Notes: generated from the sequence alone by a model not told the origin. Shown: positions 24,718 through 38,735, counted from the stretch's first letter. The stretch is DNA of 64,000 bases from Pristiophorus japonicus (GCF_044704955.1 NC_091978.1:349556001-349620000), one strand, 5' to 3'. Program-made: numbers and translations.

Positions 24718-24740
24718 AGGTATTTGAAACTGTCCTACAT

Positions 24741-26150
24741 AACAACAACAACATGGACTTATATAACACCTTTAACATAGTAAAATGGCCAATGCACTTC
24801 TCAGAAGCGTAATCAGATAAAAATCAACACCAAACTGAAGAATTGATGACTATTATGTTATGAAATATTAGCAACTAAAAGCTTGGTCAAAGAAGTGGGT
24901 TTTAAGGATGGTCCAAAGGAGGAGAGGAAGGTGGCGAGGTAGAGTGGTATAGGGAAGGAATTCCAGAGCTCAGCGTCTAGATGACTGAAGGGTTGGCCAG
25001 CAATGGTAGGCAAAGTGATTTTTGGAATGCACAAGAGGCCAGAGTTGGAGCAATGAAGAGCACGTGGAGTTTTCTAGGGCTGGAGAATCTTGCAGAGAGA
25101 GGGGTGAGGACATGAAGCGATTTGAATATGAGGATGAGAATTTTAAACTATCCTTAGACTGGGAACCAGTGTACAGGCAAGTATAAGGATGAAGCGTGAT
25201 CAGGACTTGATGCAGCATAGGATATGGACAGCAGAGTTTTTGGATGAGCTTACGTTTATGGATGGTAGAAGGATGGGAGGCTGGCCAGGAGAGCAGTGAA
25301 ATACTTGAGTTGAAGTTGAGGTGAAAAAAGCATGTATAAGTGTTTCAGCAGAAGATGGGTTGAGGCAGGACGGAGATGGATAATGTTGCAGAAGTGGAAG
25401 TAGGCGGTCTTTGTGATGGAGAGGATTATGGGGTCGGAAGCTCAGCTCAGGACTGAATAAGACACCAAGACTGCGATCTGAGGCATTGGTCAGGGTGGAT
25501 GATGGAATGAGTGTCAAAGGTACAATGTTTGTAGTGGGGGCCGAAGGCAATGGCTTCGGACTTCTAAATATTGGAGGAAATTGTGACTCATCCAAGACTG
25601 AAGGCGGGCAAACAGGCTGATAGCACAGAGGTAGTGGAGGATTCGAGAGAGATAGTCTAATGGTAGAGCTGGGTGTCATCGCTGTAAATTTGGTTCCTGT
25701 CCTCATGTATTCAGATAATGTTGCCAAACATATAGATGAGGAACAGGATGGTCTTTGGATAGATCTTTGGAGGACTCCAGAGATAATGGTACAGGGGCAG
25801 GAAGTGAAGCCAATACAGGACATGTTCTGGCCAGGGTGGCTAGGCAAGAATGGAACCAAGCAAAGGCAATAGAGGAGAGGCATCAGAGGAAGATAGTGTG
25901 GTCAAACATGTCAAAGGTTGCAAATGTGTCAAGAAAGACGAGGAGGGATTGTGTACCATGGTCACAGTCACGAATGATGTCATTTGCGACTTTGATTTGG
26001 GCAGTTTTAGTTCTGTGGCAGGGGTGGAAAAATCTTGGAGAGATTCAAGCATAGAGTTGCGGGAAAGATGGGCATGGATTTGGGAGGCAATAAAACTCTT
26101 CAAGGACTTCAGACAGGAAAAAGTGGTTGGAGATCGGTGGTAGTTTGGAC
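24741..26150 (-). mobile_element. Degenerate L2 LINE 3' part
   Basis: Minus-strand ASQIHAHLSRNSMLES, LGVLFSPELSFRPH, SAETLIHAF; (GTT)n tail. Confidence 0.85.
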
Positions 26151-26249
26151 ATTCAACAAAGCAAACAGCTGCTGAGTCTGTTTGACTACACTTCAGAAAT
26201 GCTTCATTGACTGTAAAGGGCTTTGGGATGTCCTGAGGACATGAAGGCA

Positions 26250-26590
26250 CCACCTACAAGATGCATTACAGCAACTCGCCCAGGCTTCTTCAGCAGCAGT
26301 TCCCAAACCTGCGACCTCTACCACCTAGAAGGACGAGGGTAGCAGGCACATGGGAACACCAAGTTCCCCTCCAAGTTACACACCATCCTGACTTGGAAAT
26401 ATATTGACGTTTCATCATCATTGCTGTATCAAATCCTGGAACTCACTCCCTAACAGCACTGTGGGAGTACCTTCACCTCACTGACTGCAGCGGTTCACGA
26501 AGGCGGCTCGCCGCCACCTTCTCAAGGGCAGTTAGGGATGGGCAATAAATGCTGGCATTGCCAGTGATGCCCACATCCCGGAATGAATTT
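26250..26590 (+). mobile_element. 3' end of a CR1/L2-group LINE (same family as 1490-1862)
   Basis: Directly similar to 1530-1862, including the tail GGGATGGGCAATAAATGCTGGC. Confidence 0.75.
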
Positions 26591-27366
26591 TTAAAAATAT
26601 ATAAATGCAAATCTTGCTTTTTACATCTGGAATGGTGTTCTGGATAGGGTACTGGAGACAAAATCTCTGGAGTCACTTAAGAAGTAGATAGATGCTGTGA
26701 CAGTGGTACTATAGGTTTTTAGAGGATGAGTTATATGGTTTGAATGGACTTGCCCCTCTCTACTTATCTATGTGATGTTTATGAAGAAAAGCATTCTATT
26801 CTTTTCTTCTTTTACATTAGTCTTTCACAGAGGAAGAGTTTGAAAACGGAGTTCAGTCCTCCTTAGTTTCCACTCCAATAAACTGCTACAATTTTGAGGG
26901 CCTGCCTTAGATAATTCCTTGGGTACAGCAAGTGGTGGTCACTCCTGTAAGCACTTTACGTTTAGGGGTATGCCTGTACTACCCAATATCTAACTATATG
27001 ACAATGTAATCCAAGACTACCTTGTGTTCTGAACTGGATATAATGGGGCCGATTTTAATTTCCATCGACATCGGGCGGGCAGTGAGCGGAATGATTGTGC
27101 CACCTCTCCAGTGTCACCAGTGAGAGTGTTGGGGAATACTAGAAAGAAAAGCTTAGAGTTGTGCTCGCTGTGCCAGCAATGAGAATTCTAGATGCAGAAT
27201 CTTAAGCTTATAGATTTATTAGCAGAAATAATACTCACCGACAATACACGCAATGATTCAAAGGGTGTGGGAGACCACACGTTGCACTTGCTGACTCAGT
27301 AGCAGGATGATCAGCACTGGTCTTCCTAACTTTGCATTGTAGTGTCTCACCTTTATCCCTCAGCAT

Positions 27367-27837
27367 GTCAGCTGTGACTCAGTGAGTAGCACACTCAGTT
27401 CTGAGTCAGAAGGTTGTGGGTTCAAGTCCCACTCCAGGGACCTGAGCACATAAATCTAGGTTGACACTCCAGTGCCGTGCTGAGGGAGTGCTGCACTGTC
27501 GGAGGTGCCGTCTTTCGGATGAGATGTTAAACCAAAGCCCTGTCTGCTCTCTCAGGTGGACATAAAAGATCCCATGACACTATTTCGAAGAAGTGCAGGG
27601 GAGTTATCCCCAGTATCCTGGTCAATATTTATCCCTCAATCAACATCACCAAAATAGATTATTTGGTCATTATCACATTGCTGTTTGTGGGAGCTTGCTG
27701 TTGCAAATTGGCTGCCACATTTCCTACATTACAATAGTGACTACACTTTAAAAGTGCTTCATTGGCTGTAAAGTGCTTTGAGACATCCGGTGGTCCTGAA
27801 AGACGCTGTAGAAATTCAAGTCTTTCTTTCTTTCTTT
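27367..27837 (+). mobile_element. tRNA-derived Deu-domain SINE (SacSINE1-like), full length
   Basis: A-box/B-box head (GGTTCAAGTCC); Deu core GGATGAGATGTTAAACC..AAAAGATCCCATG..TATTTATCCCTCAA; (CTTT)n tail. Confidence 0.85.
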
Positions 27838-29745
27838 CTCAGCTGCACCATCACTCATGTCCTACATTCTGTAAACTTTACCCCCATTTACATTAACTTA
27901 CTTCAGCTCAGCAGTCCAAAGGCTCGCTGTCTCAGTGGTATCTGTAGTGTATGAATAAAGAATCTGACCAGATACTGTGAGCTCAAAGTAAAGTGCGATC
28001 TTAGTCTTTTATTTCAGGTCCCCAGAGTGCCTCTCCAGCCTGTGAGGCCTCCTTAAGTACAGGTGCTCCCAAGGGATTGTGGAATCCCTTGGGACTCCAG
28101 GGGATGTGCCCTCTGGTGGTTAAACAAGGTATATACAGGTTTACAATACTTTCCCTCCCCCCCAAAGTTAATAATAGTGTAACTATTTACAAGGTGAGTC
28201 GATCTGGGGCCTTCCTTTCCCTGGTTGATCATCTCGGTGCAAATGCTGGTTTTGGTGAGTCGTTTGTTGGGCCCTCACTGGGCTGCTGTGCAGCTGGCCT
28301 TGCTGGGCTGCCTGGTGTGGTGAGTCCTGCCAGGCTGCTGCGGGTGATGGGTTCTGCTTCGTGGTCAACTGCTGTGTTGGTTCCCACTCGTGTGTGTGTT
28401 GGGGGGGTCAAAAAAGGTAGGGTTTAATGTGGGTTGCTCTGGATAGTTCATGAATTTTGAGTTTGGTTTGGTCCAAGTGATTCCTGTAGATGAGTCCATT
28501 TGAAAGATCGACCCGAAACACCCTACTCTCCTCTTTGGCCATGACACTGCCGGGAAGCCACTAGGGACCTTGTCCATAGTTCAACACAAATATAGGATCA
28601 TTAATTTCAATTTCACATGACACATTTGCACTATCATGATATGTACTTTATTGAAGCCACCTGCTCTCTACCTGTTCGTGTAGATCAGGGTGGACTAACA
28701 AAAGCCTTGTGTTAAGTGCCCTTTTCATTAGCACTTCAGCGGGTGGAATCCCAGTGAGCGAGTGGGGTCTCATGCGGTAACTAAGCAGGACTCGGGATAG
28801 GCGAGTCTGCAGTGAGCCTTCAGTTACCCTCTTCAAGCTCTGCTTGATTGTTTGCACTGCTCTCTCTGCCTGACCATTGGATGCTGGTTTGAACGGGGCA
28901 GATGTGACATGTTGATCCCATTGCGGGTCATGAACTCTTTGAACTCGGCACTGGTGAAACACGGCCCGTTGTCACTTACAAGGACGTCAGGCAGGCCGTG
29001 CGTGGCAAACATGGCCCGCAGGCTTTCAGTGGTGGCAGCGGACGTGCTTGCCAACATTATCTCACATTCAATCCATTTGGAGTACGCATCTACAACCACG
29101 AGGAACATTTTTCCCAAGAATGGGCCTGCATAGTCAACATGGACCCTAGGCCACGGTTTGGAGGGCCAAGACCATAAACTTAGTGGCACCTCCTGGGTGC
29201 ATTGCTTAACTGTGAACATGTGTTACATTTGTGCACGCAGGACTCTAAATCCGCATCGATACTGGGCTACCACACGTGGGATCTGGCTATCGCTTTCATC
29301 ATTACAATGCCTGGGTGGGTATTGGAGATCACCAATGAAAGTGTCCCTGCTCTTTTTTGGTACCACGACCCAATTACCCCACATAAGGCAGTCTGCCTGT
29401 AAAGACATTTCATCTTTGCGCCGCTGGCTTTATTTCTTCCTGCATTTCTAACGGGACACTGGACCAGCTCTCGTGAAGCACACAATTTTTTACTAAGGAC
29501 AGTAAGGGGTCCTGGTTCGTCCAGGTTCTAATCTGTCGGGCGGTAACAGGTGATTGCTCACTCTCAAATGCTTCCATTACCATAGCTAAATCTGTGGCCT
29601 GTGCCATTTCCACCCCCGTGGTGGGCAATGGCAGCCTACTGAGAACATCGGCACAGTTTTCTGTTCCTGGCCTGTGGCAGATGGCGTAGTTGTATGCGGA
29701 CAATGTGAGCACCCATCTCTGGATGCGGGCCGATGCATTCGTATT

Positions 29746-32700
29746 TGTCATGTATCTTACATTATTATATATAACTGTATCCTAACATGCTATACATGAC
29801 TGTAATAAGATATGACCTGTAACCACCAGCATACCTCACCACCAGGGGTGCACTTGCAAGAGACAGGTATATAAGCACAGGTCTCAGGCAAGTGCAGCAC
29901 TCCAGAGCTGTGAAATAAAGGTGCAGGTCCAGAGTGACCTTGACTTCACTACATGCCTCGTGTGAATCTGTACTGAGGGGACAGGACTTTACAGTGGCGA
30001 CAAGTTACGGGATTACAGAATCCACAGAATGGCGAACAACGGATCAGATGAAAAGTACAATGCGGGAGACAATTGGGAGGACTTTATAGAAAGGCTCCAG
30101 CAAAGCTTTGTAACCAAAGACTGGTTAGGCAATGATAAGGCAGACAAGAGAAGAGCCCATCTCTTGACCAGCTGTGGCTCGAAAACATACGCTTTAATGA
30201 AGGATCTGTTGGCACCCGAGAAACCAGCAAGCAAGTCGTTTGAAGAATTAAGCAAACTGGTAAGAGACCACCTGAAGCCAGCGAGCAGCCTACACATGGC
30301 CAGACACAAGTTCTACAACTACAGACGCTGTGTGGGCCAGAGCATACCCGACTTCGTGGCGGAACTTTGGAGGTTGGTTAGTTTATGTGAGTTCTCCGAT
30401 GAACTGAGGAGAGAAATGCTGAGAGACTTTTTCATTGAAGGAATAGGCCACGCAGGAATATTCTGAAAGCTCATGGAGTCCAAGAACCTGACCTTAGAGG
30501 CAGCAGCACTGGTTGCACAAACTTTCTTGGTAGGGGAAGAAGAAACGAGGTTGATTTACAATGCAGGTATGACAACTAACGAAATATCGGAACAAGAAGT
30601 CCACAGCACTAAACAAGCTGCTACCACCACACACAGACAAAACCGGGAGAACAGGCTCTTGACAGCAGGCAGAAGCCATCAAGGGCCATAGGAACGGCCA
30701 TTCACACCTCATCAACCCACAATGCGAGCAATCAACTACAAACTGAGAGAAGCTCAAGAGAGATCAGCCAGACGCAGCTCGTTCTTTGGGAACACATTGC
30801 GCCATGCTCTCTGTCACACACAAAGGGACAGTGAACCGACTTCCCCTGTGGATTGTCCCCGGAAACCCCCCAGCACTGCTGGGGAGAAGCTGGCTGGCAA
30901 AACTAAACTGGAAATGGGATGATGTCCATGCCATGTCATTAGAGGAACGGACCTCCTGCTCAACAGTGATAAAGCGATTTGAACATCTCTTTCAGCCATG
31001 TGTGGGCACTTCCAAAGAGGCCAAAGTCAAAATCTACATCACACAGGATGCTAGACCGGTCCATCACAAGGCCAGAGCTGTACCCTATGTGATGAGGCAA
31101 AAGATTGAACACGAACTAGACAGGCTCCTGCGGGAAGGCATTATATCACCTGTGGAATTTAGCGACTGGGCAAGTCCCATCGTTCCAGTCATGAAGCCTG
31201 ATGGATCCGTACGAATCTGTGGGGACTACAAATCTACCATAAACAGAATCTCCCTACAGGACCAGTACCCGCTGCCCAGAGCGGAGGACTTATTTGCCAC
31301 ATTGGCTGGAGGTAAATTTTTCTCAAAATTAGACCTCACATCTGCGTATATGACACAAGAATTGACCGAGGAATCCAAGCTACTCACCACCATCAACACA
31401 CATCGAGGCCTTTTCATGTACAATCGATGCCCATTCGGCATTAGGTCAGCAGCTGCCATATTCCAGCGCAACATGGAGAGTCTGCTCAAGTCCATCCCGG
31501 GGACGATTGTATTTCAAGACGACATACTTATCACAGGCAGGGACACCGACTCCCATCTCCGTAATTTGGAGGAAGTACTAAAGCGGTTGGATCGGGTAGG
31601 CCTACGAGTCAAGAAATCCAAGTGCCTGTTTCTCGCACCCGAGGTTGAATTTTTGGGCAGAAGGATTGCCGCTGATGGAATCCGCCCAACAGAGTCCAAA
31701 ACAGAAGCAATTCGCCTGGCACCCAGGCCCCGGAATGTCTCAGAACTGTGCGCCTTTCTCAGGCTACTCAATTACTTTGGGAACTTTATGCAGAACTTAA
31801 GCACGCTGCTGGAGCCTCTCCACGTGTTACTCAGGAAGGGGTGCGAATGGTTTTCGGGGGATGCCCAGGAACGCGCCTTCAATAAGGCACGCAACCTTCT
31901 GTGTTCCAACAGTGTTTTGACTTTCTTTGACCCAGGTAAAAAGTTAGTTCTCACATGCAATGCATCAGCGTATGGGGTCGGGTGCGTTTTGCAACATGTC
32001 AATAGTGCGGGCAAATTACAACCCATAGCTTATGCTTCCAGGTCACTTTCGCGGGCGGAGCGCGGGTACGGAATGGTAGAGAAGGAGGCGCTCGCGTGCG
32101 TGTACTGTGTCAAAAAGATGCACCAATACCGTTTCGGGGCCAAGTTCGCGTTAGAAACCGACCACAAGCCCCTCACGTCCCTCCTACCCAAGAGCAAGGC
32201 AATAAACGCCAACGCCTCGGCGCGAATTCAACGGTGGGCACTCATGCTGGTATCTTACGACTATACCATAAGGCACAGACCAGGCACAGACAACTGTGCC
32301 GACGCGCTCAGCAGGCTACCCCTGGCGACCACGGAAGGGTCTGACGAACAGGACTGTGAGATAGTCATGGCAATCAATGCCTTTGAGTCCACAGTTTCGC
32401 CCATGACGGCTCACCAAATCAGAGCCTGGATGGCCAGCGACCCCACGTTATCCTTAGTAAAAAGATGTGTCCTAACCGGTGACTGGACAGAGGCTCGCAA
32501 TGCCTGCCCCGAGGAATTAAAACCCTTTCACAGGCGCATGCATGAGCTATCACTACAAGAAGACTGCCTGATGTGGGGCAGCTGAGTAGTCATGCCTCTG
32601 CGAGGCAGAGAGGCATTTGTCCGGGAGCTCCACTGCGAGCACCCGGGGATCGTTCTCATGAAGGCCATAGCCAGATCCCACGTCTGGTGGCCTGGTATTG

Positions 32701-34047
32701 ACGCGGACTTGGAGCTCTGCGTCCGAATGTGCACCATTTGTGCCCAACTCAGCAATGCCCCCAGGGAGGCTCCACTGAGCCGCTGGCCCTGGCCTACCAA
32801 ACCGTGGTCGCGGGTGCACATAGACTATGTGGGCCCATTCATGGGCAAAATGTTCCTTGTAGTTGTAGATGCATTTTCAAAGTGGATCGAATGTACCTTT
32901 TTAAACTCGAGCGCAACCTCCACCACTGTGGAGAGCCTCGCAACCATGTTTGCAACGCACGGAATCCCTGACATATTGGTCAGTGACAATGGTCCGTGCT
33001 TCACCAGCGCAGAATTCGAAGACTTTATAATTGACCACGGCATAAATCATGTCAAGACGGCACCGTTCAAGCCGGCCTCCAACAGCCAGGTGGAGAGAGC
33101 AGTGCAAATCATTAAACAAGGCATGCTTAAAATCCAAGGTCCCACGCTGCAGTGTCACCTGTCGCAACTGCTGCTGGCATACAGATCTCGTCCGCACTCA
33201 CTGATTGGGATCCCCCCCGCGCAACTGTTGATGAAAAGAACTTTAAAAACAAGGCTCTCATTAATCCTCCCAGACACGCACTAAATCGTTGAGGCAAAGC
33301 GCCGTAAGCTGACTGAGTACCATGACAGAAATTCAAGGGGGAGATGGAATGAGATAGGGGACAAAGTGTTTGTACTAAACTATGGCAGGGGTCCCAAATG
33401 GCTTGCAGGGACAGTAACGGGCAAAGAAGGAAACAGGCTACTGGTAGTACAAATGGACAATGGCAAAACCTGCCGGAGGCATGTAGACCAAGTCAAAAGC
33501 AGATTTACCAACAACACTGCGGAACCAGAGGCAGACTATAATGTGGAACTCGCACCACACCTGGTGGATAGACAGAGGGAACAACCTGAGGAAAAGGCAA
33601 TCCCAACAGACAGCCCAGGCGAGTCAACAACAATCACACCAATCGAAACAGACAGCCCAGGCGAGATACAAGCAACCACACCCAAAGAAAAACAGACACC
33701 AAGGCAAACAACTGAACCACAACTCAGACGCTCCACGCGAGAGCGTAGACCACCTGAGAGACTGAACCTATAAAGACAATAAGACCTTGGGGGAGGGTGA
33801 TGTCATGTATCTTACATTATTACATATAACTGTATCCTAACATGCTATAATGACTGTAATAAGATATGGCCTGTAACCACCAGCATACCTCACCACCAGG
33901 AGTGCACTTGCAAGAGACAGGTATATAAGGACAGGTCTCAGGTAAGTGCAGCATTCCAGAGCTGTGAAATAAAGGTGCAGGTCCAGAGTGACCTTGACTT
34001 CACTACATGCCTCGTGTGAATCTGTACTGAGGTGACAGGACTTTACA
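29746..34047 (+). mobile_element. Ty3/Gypsy (Mag-like) element E, nested antisense in the RNase H of D
   Basis: LTRs 29746-29993 and 33801-34047; PBS TGGCGACAAG; PPT GGGGGAGGGTGA; TSD GTATT/GTATT. Confidence 0.97.
30029..33773 (+). pseudogene. gag-pol of Gypsy E; RT-RH open over 30786-32585, with stops elsewhere and a gag-PR deletion
   Basis: ORF track: gag 30029-30466, 599-aa RT/RH, IN 32592-33284, C-terminus 33366-33773. Confidence 0.93.
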
Positions 34048-37000
34048 GTATTTATCCCCTTACTTTTCAAAAAGAGGGAAATCAGGGGCTTATGGTCAGT
34101 TTCCAATTCAAATTTGAGCCCAAACAGATATTGATGCATTTTCTTTACCCCATAAACACACGCTAAAGCTTCTTTTTCAATCATGTTGTAGGCTCTCTCA
34201 GCCTTAGACAGACTTCTGGATGTATAAGCATTCACAAGATTCATTAGCTTGTTGCAATACACACCCGACACCGTATGACGACGCATCACATGCTAGTACC
34301 AAACACTTACATCGATCATACAACACAAGCAATTTGTTTGAGCATAACAGTTTTCTAGCTTTTACAAAGGCACTTTCTTGGCTTTTATCCCATACCCATT
34401 CATCTCCTTTACGCAGTAAAGCGTGCAGTGGTTCGAACAGTGTGCTAAGACCCGGTAAGAAGTTACCAAAATAGCTTAGGAGTCCTAGAAACGAACACAG
34501 CTCCGCCACGTTCTGTGGCCTCGTTGCATTCTTGATTGCCTCCATCTTCGAATCGGTGGGCCTGATGCCGTCCGCTGCGATTCTTCTCCCCAGGAACTCC
34601 ACTTTAGGCGCCAGGAAAACGCACTTTGAGTATTTTAACCTGAGCCCCACACGATTAAGCCAACTAAGAACCTCCTCCAGGTTCTGCAGATGCTCGACTG
34701 TGTCCCGACCTGTAATTAAGATGTCGTCCTGGAAGACCACGGTGCGCAGGAACGACTTCAGTAAACTTTCCATGTTTCTCTGGAATAATGCCACGGCTGA
34801 TCGAATCCCAAACAGGCATCTGTTGTAGATGAAGAGGCCTTTGTGCGTTTTGATGCAGATGAGGCCTTCGATGATTCCTCCAGGTCCAGCGTCATGTAGG
34901 CCGAGGTCAAGTCCAGCTTCCTGAATGTCTTTCCTCCCGCCAGCGTCGCAAAAAGGTCGTCTGCCTTTGGTAGTGGGTATTGATCCTGCAGGGAAAAATG
35001 ATTGATAGTTACTTTGTTGAGGACTGGAACAATTGGACTGGCCCACTCGTTGAATTCGATCGGCGAAATGATGCCCTCTCGTTGCAGCCTGTCCAGCTCA
35101 ATCTCCAGCCTCTCTCTCATCATGTATGGCACTGCTCTCACCTTGTGGTGGATGGGTCGTGTCCCCGGAATTAGGTGGGACTGCACTTTTGCTCCTTGGA
35201 ACTTCCCGATGCCTGGTTCGAACAGCGAGGGGAACTTGTTTAGGACCTGGGCACACGAAGTCTCGTCGACGGGTGAGAGCGCTCGGACATCGTCCCAGTT
35301 CCAGCGTATCTTCCCCAGCCAGCTCCTGCTGAGCGGCGTGGGGCCATCGCCCGGTACCACCCAGAGTGGTAACTTGTGCACCGCTCCATCGTAGGAGACC
35401 TTTACAGTAGCACTGCTGATTACGGGAATTAGTTCCTTTGTGTAAGTTCTCAGTTTAGTGTGAATGGGAGTCAGGACTGGCCTTAAGGCCTTGCTGCACC
35501 ACAATTTATTGAAAGTCTTTTTTCTCATAATGGACTGGCTCGCGCCTGTGTCCAGCTCCATTGACACCGGGAGTCCATTTAATGCAACCTTCAGCATTAT
35601 CGGGGGACATTTTGTGGCAAATGTGTGCACCCCATATACCTCTGCTTCCTCGGTCTGAGGCTCTGGTTCGTCGTGATCCGCCGTGGATCTGTCCTCCTCT
35701 GCAACATGGTGGTTTGCAGGGTTAGCAGGGTTTGCCTGCACATACGTTGAAGATGTCCCATTGTTCCACAGCCCTTGTAAACGTATCCTTTGAAGCGGCA
35801 TGAATGGAAACAATGATCAACCCCGCAGCGCCAACAAGGTGTTAATGGCCTAGCATTCATCACCCTTAATGGTGGACTCTGAGACATCTGCGGACGTGCA
35901 GCTGCAGGCATATGAGGCCTGCCCTGTACGTTACAATTCAAAAACAATGTTACTTTGTTCCCAGTACTTGTAGCAGCGCTCGTGTGCTGAGAGATTTGTT
36001 TGGTATTGTCACTGGTGGTGATGAACACCTGGGCTATTGCTATGGCTTTACTCAAGGTTGGGGTCTCTACAGTCAAAAGTTTGCGAAGTATTACTTCATG
36101 GCCAATGCCGAGTACAAAGAAGTCCCTGAGCATGTTTTCCAAATGTTCTTCAAATTTGCAAAGTCCTGCAAGGCGTCTTAGCTCAGCGACATAGCTCGCC
36201 GCTTCCTACCTTCAGACCTCTTGCATGGTACCTCACCATCAGAACGCTTTCCTTCAGGTTAAGATGCTCCCGGACCACTGTGCACAAATCATCGTATGAT
36301 TTCTCTGTGGGTTTCGCTGGAGCAAGCAGATTTTTCATGGTGCCCCGCAAACGGTGAGGAGAATCGCCATTTGTTTGGCAGCGTTCATTTCTCCTTCCAG
36401 CTCGTTGGCCACGAAGTATTGGTCAAGCCGCTCCACAAAGGTTTCCCAATCATCTCCCTCTGAAAATTTCTCCAGGATGCCCACTATTCTCTGCATCGTT
36501 GCGGTGGGGTTCGATATCGTCGCCAGTTGTAGTGTATGAATAAAGAGTCTGACCAGATACTGTGAGCTCAAAGTAAAGTGTGACCTTAGTCTTTTATTGC
36601 AGGTCTCCAGAGTGCCTCTCCAGCCTGTGAGGCCTCCTTAAGTACGGGTGCTCCCAAGAGATTATGGGATCCCTTGGGACTCCAGGGGATGTGCCCTCTG
36701 GTGGTTAAACAAGGTATTTACAGGTTTACATATATAACAGTATAATTGGGTGAAAGCTCCATGACCTCAATTCATCTACCTTGATGGGTGGTCTTAAGAC
36801 AGTAAGACAGATAAGCTTATCCACAAGAATATTGAGACTATCCAAAGAACAGGTAGCTATCATTATGACACCAGCTGTACCAGCCACAGGATATGGGAGA
36901 GAACCCACAACCTTGAAGGTCTAGCCTTACTGGACCTGTTCCAAGTACTACCTGTTTCAGCAGATTTCTGCAGACACTGTCCTTTGTTGCAAAAAGGAGT

Positions 37001-38489
37001 TTTTAATATAAAATGGATTATTTAACACAGCCTTTCCTGCTAGCATTTCTAACAGCTCCCCATCTTGTGGAATTGAGAGCAACTCCCTGGCCCTCGCGCA
37101 CTATCTTGTTAACATTACATAAAAATGATCTTCATCCATCCATTCCTGCAGCTTTTGCTTCATCACGTGTGTTCTCCGTTAGAATAATTTCCCCTAATAA
37201 ATCTATAAACATAAGATTCTGGCATCTAGAATGCTCATTCCTGGCATATTCCTGGTTTCTCGAGTAGTCTCCAACAGAGAGGTCCAGACCACTGTGATGG
37301 CCAGGCTTCATTTGCACAATGCTAGCGCTCACTTGTGGCTGGTCTGGGATCATCAAATCCAGCAGCTCCTCTGTGAAGCCGAGCCAGAGGGTTAACTGTT
37401 TCCAGCGCAGCCTGCAGCGGCCCCTTTAAGGACTCCCGGCTTGACCGCTCAATGCTGACTAGCAATGGGTGAAGTGTGCGCAGTGGATGCTCAGCCCGTT
37501 GATGCCTCAGAATTGCACCGAGGTCTGAAGCTGGTGTAGGAGCCTGATTTGCACCTTGTAAGTAGGCTCCTGCATGTTTCACCTGGGAGAGCTACATGCC
37601 TCTTTGCTGTCCCGCTGCGAGATCACAGCGGGTTAGATGGTGGCGGGGATGGGGCAGTAAGTGGTGCACTGCCATTTGTGGACTGCTGCTTGTTGTGTAC
37701 GCGTAAATAACTGACAAACTGAGACAGGAGAAATGTAATTTAACTTAACTGTGCTTTTATACAACCCAAAATGGAGTCTCAAACCAGCATGAATCAGAAT
37801 GAATACAGCAACTATGAATAGCTCCCGCAGGGTCCTAATGCCCATCCAGTGAGCTGTAACAAATAAAAAGAATATGAACACAACACTGCTGCCTCATTCC
37901 CACCAGGCAGAGCAATGAAAATCAGGTCCTATGTATTTTGCATGTGTCCTTATGTGCCCTTCTCCAATCTTTTTAAAGGTGGACTGAGAAACATTTGGTA
38001 AGACAAGGCTGGATACAAATCATTGCGCTGGTTTATTTCACAATCAGCACATGAACATACAAAGGACAAAGCAAATTCCACTTAGTTAACTCAATCTCAC
38101 CTCACCCTGAAACCATGGGAAAAATGAATAAACCACATGCCCTATCCCTTTCATGGCCAAATTATTTGTTTTATGTAAATTATCTTTCTTTCAGACTGCG
38201 TTCAATTGTAAAACTGACCTCTTGCATGGTTTAGCTTCCAGCTCTGGGCCATGAGCTGTATCCCATAGACAGTTGTTTAAAACATTTTTGGACATGTGTC
38301 TTTTGTGTCTTTGTGTGTCTCCACTTTGGGGATGTGGGGGCGCGGCGGGCAGGGGGAGGTGCTCTGAGGCACCAACTTCCTTTTTCTCATGATCCGCCAG
38401 TAGGCTTGTCAATATAAAGAAAGAAAGAAAGAAAGAAAGACTTTCACGACCACCGGACGTCTCATAGCGATTTACAACCAATGAAGTAC

Positions 38490-38735
38490 ACTTTCCTTAC
38501 CCAGAGGGTGGTGGGGGTCTGGAACTCACTGCCTGAAAGGGTGGTAGAGGCAGAAAGCCTCACCACATTTAAAAAATACTTGGATGTGCACTTAAAGTGC
38601 CGTAACCTACAGGGTATGGGCCAAGAGCTGGAAAGTGGGATTAGACTGGATAGCTCTTGTTGGCCGGTGCAGACACGATGGGCCGAAATGGCCTCCTTCC
38701 GTGCTGTAAATTTCTATGATTCTATGATTCTATGA
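38490..38735 (+). mobile_element. CR1 3' fragment
   Basis: TQRVVGVWNSLPERVVEA; (TTCTATGA)n tail. Confidence 0.85.

Larger units (their letters stand above)
27943..36739 (-). mobile_element. Ty3/Gypsy (Mag-like) element D, full length, host of element E
   Basis: LTRs 36528-36739 and 27943-~28146; PBS TGGCGACGA (minus strand, 36517-36525); purine tract on the minus strand at 28150-28163; flanks GTATC/GTATA; gag ERLDQYFVAN, protease MELDTGAS, RT, RH, IN. Confidence 0.95.

Noticed and set aside
27367-27440. tRNA gene
   Set aside because: The A and B boxes belong to a SINE head that continues into the Deu domain, and no full cloverleaf is evident.
30786-32585. 599-aa RT/RNase H ORF as an active or domesticated gene
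   Set aside because: It lies between LTRs in an element with stops in gag and integrase and no protease active site. The open frame is consistent with recent insertion.
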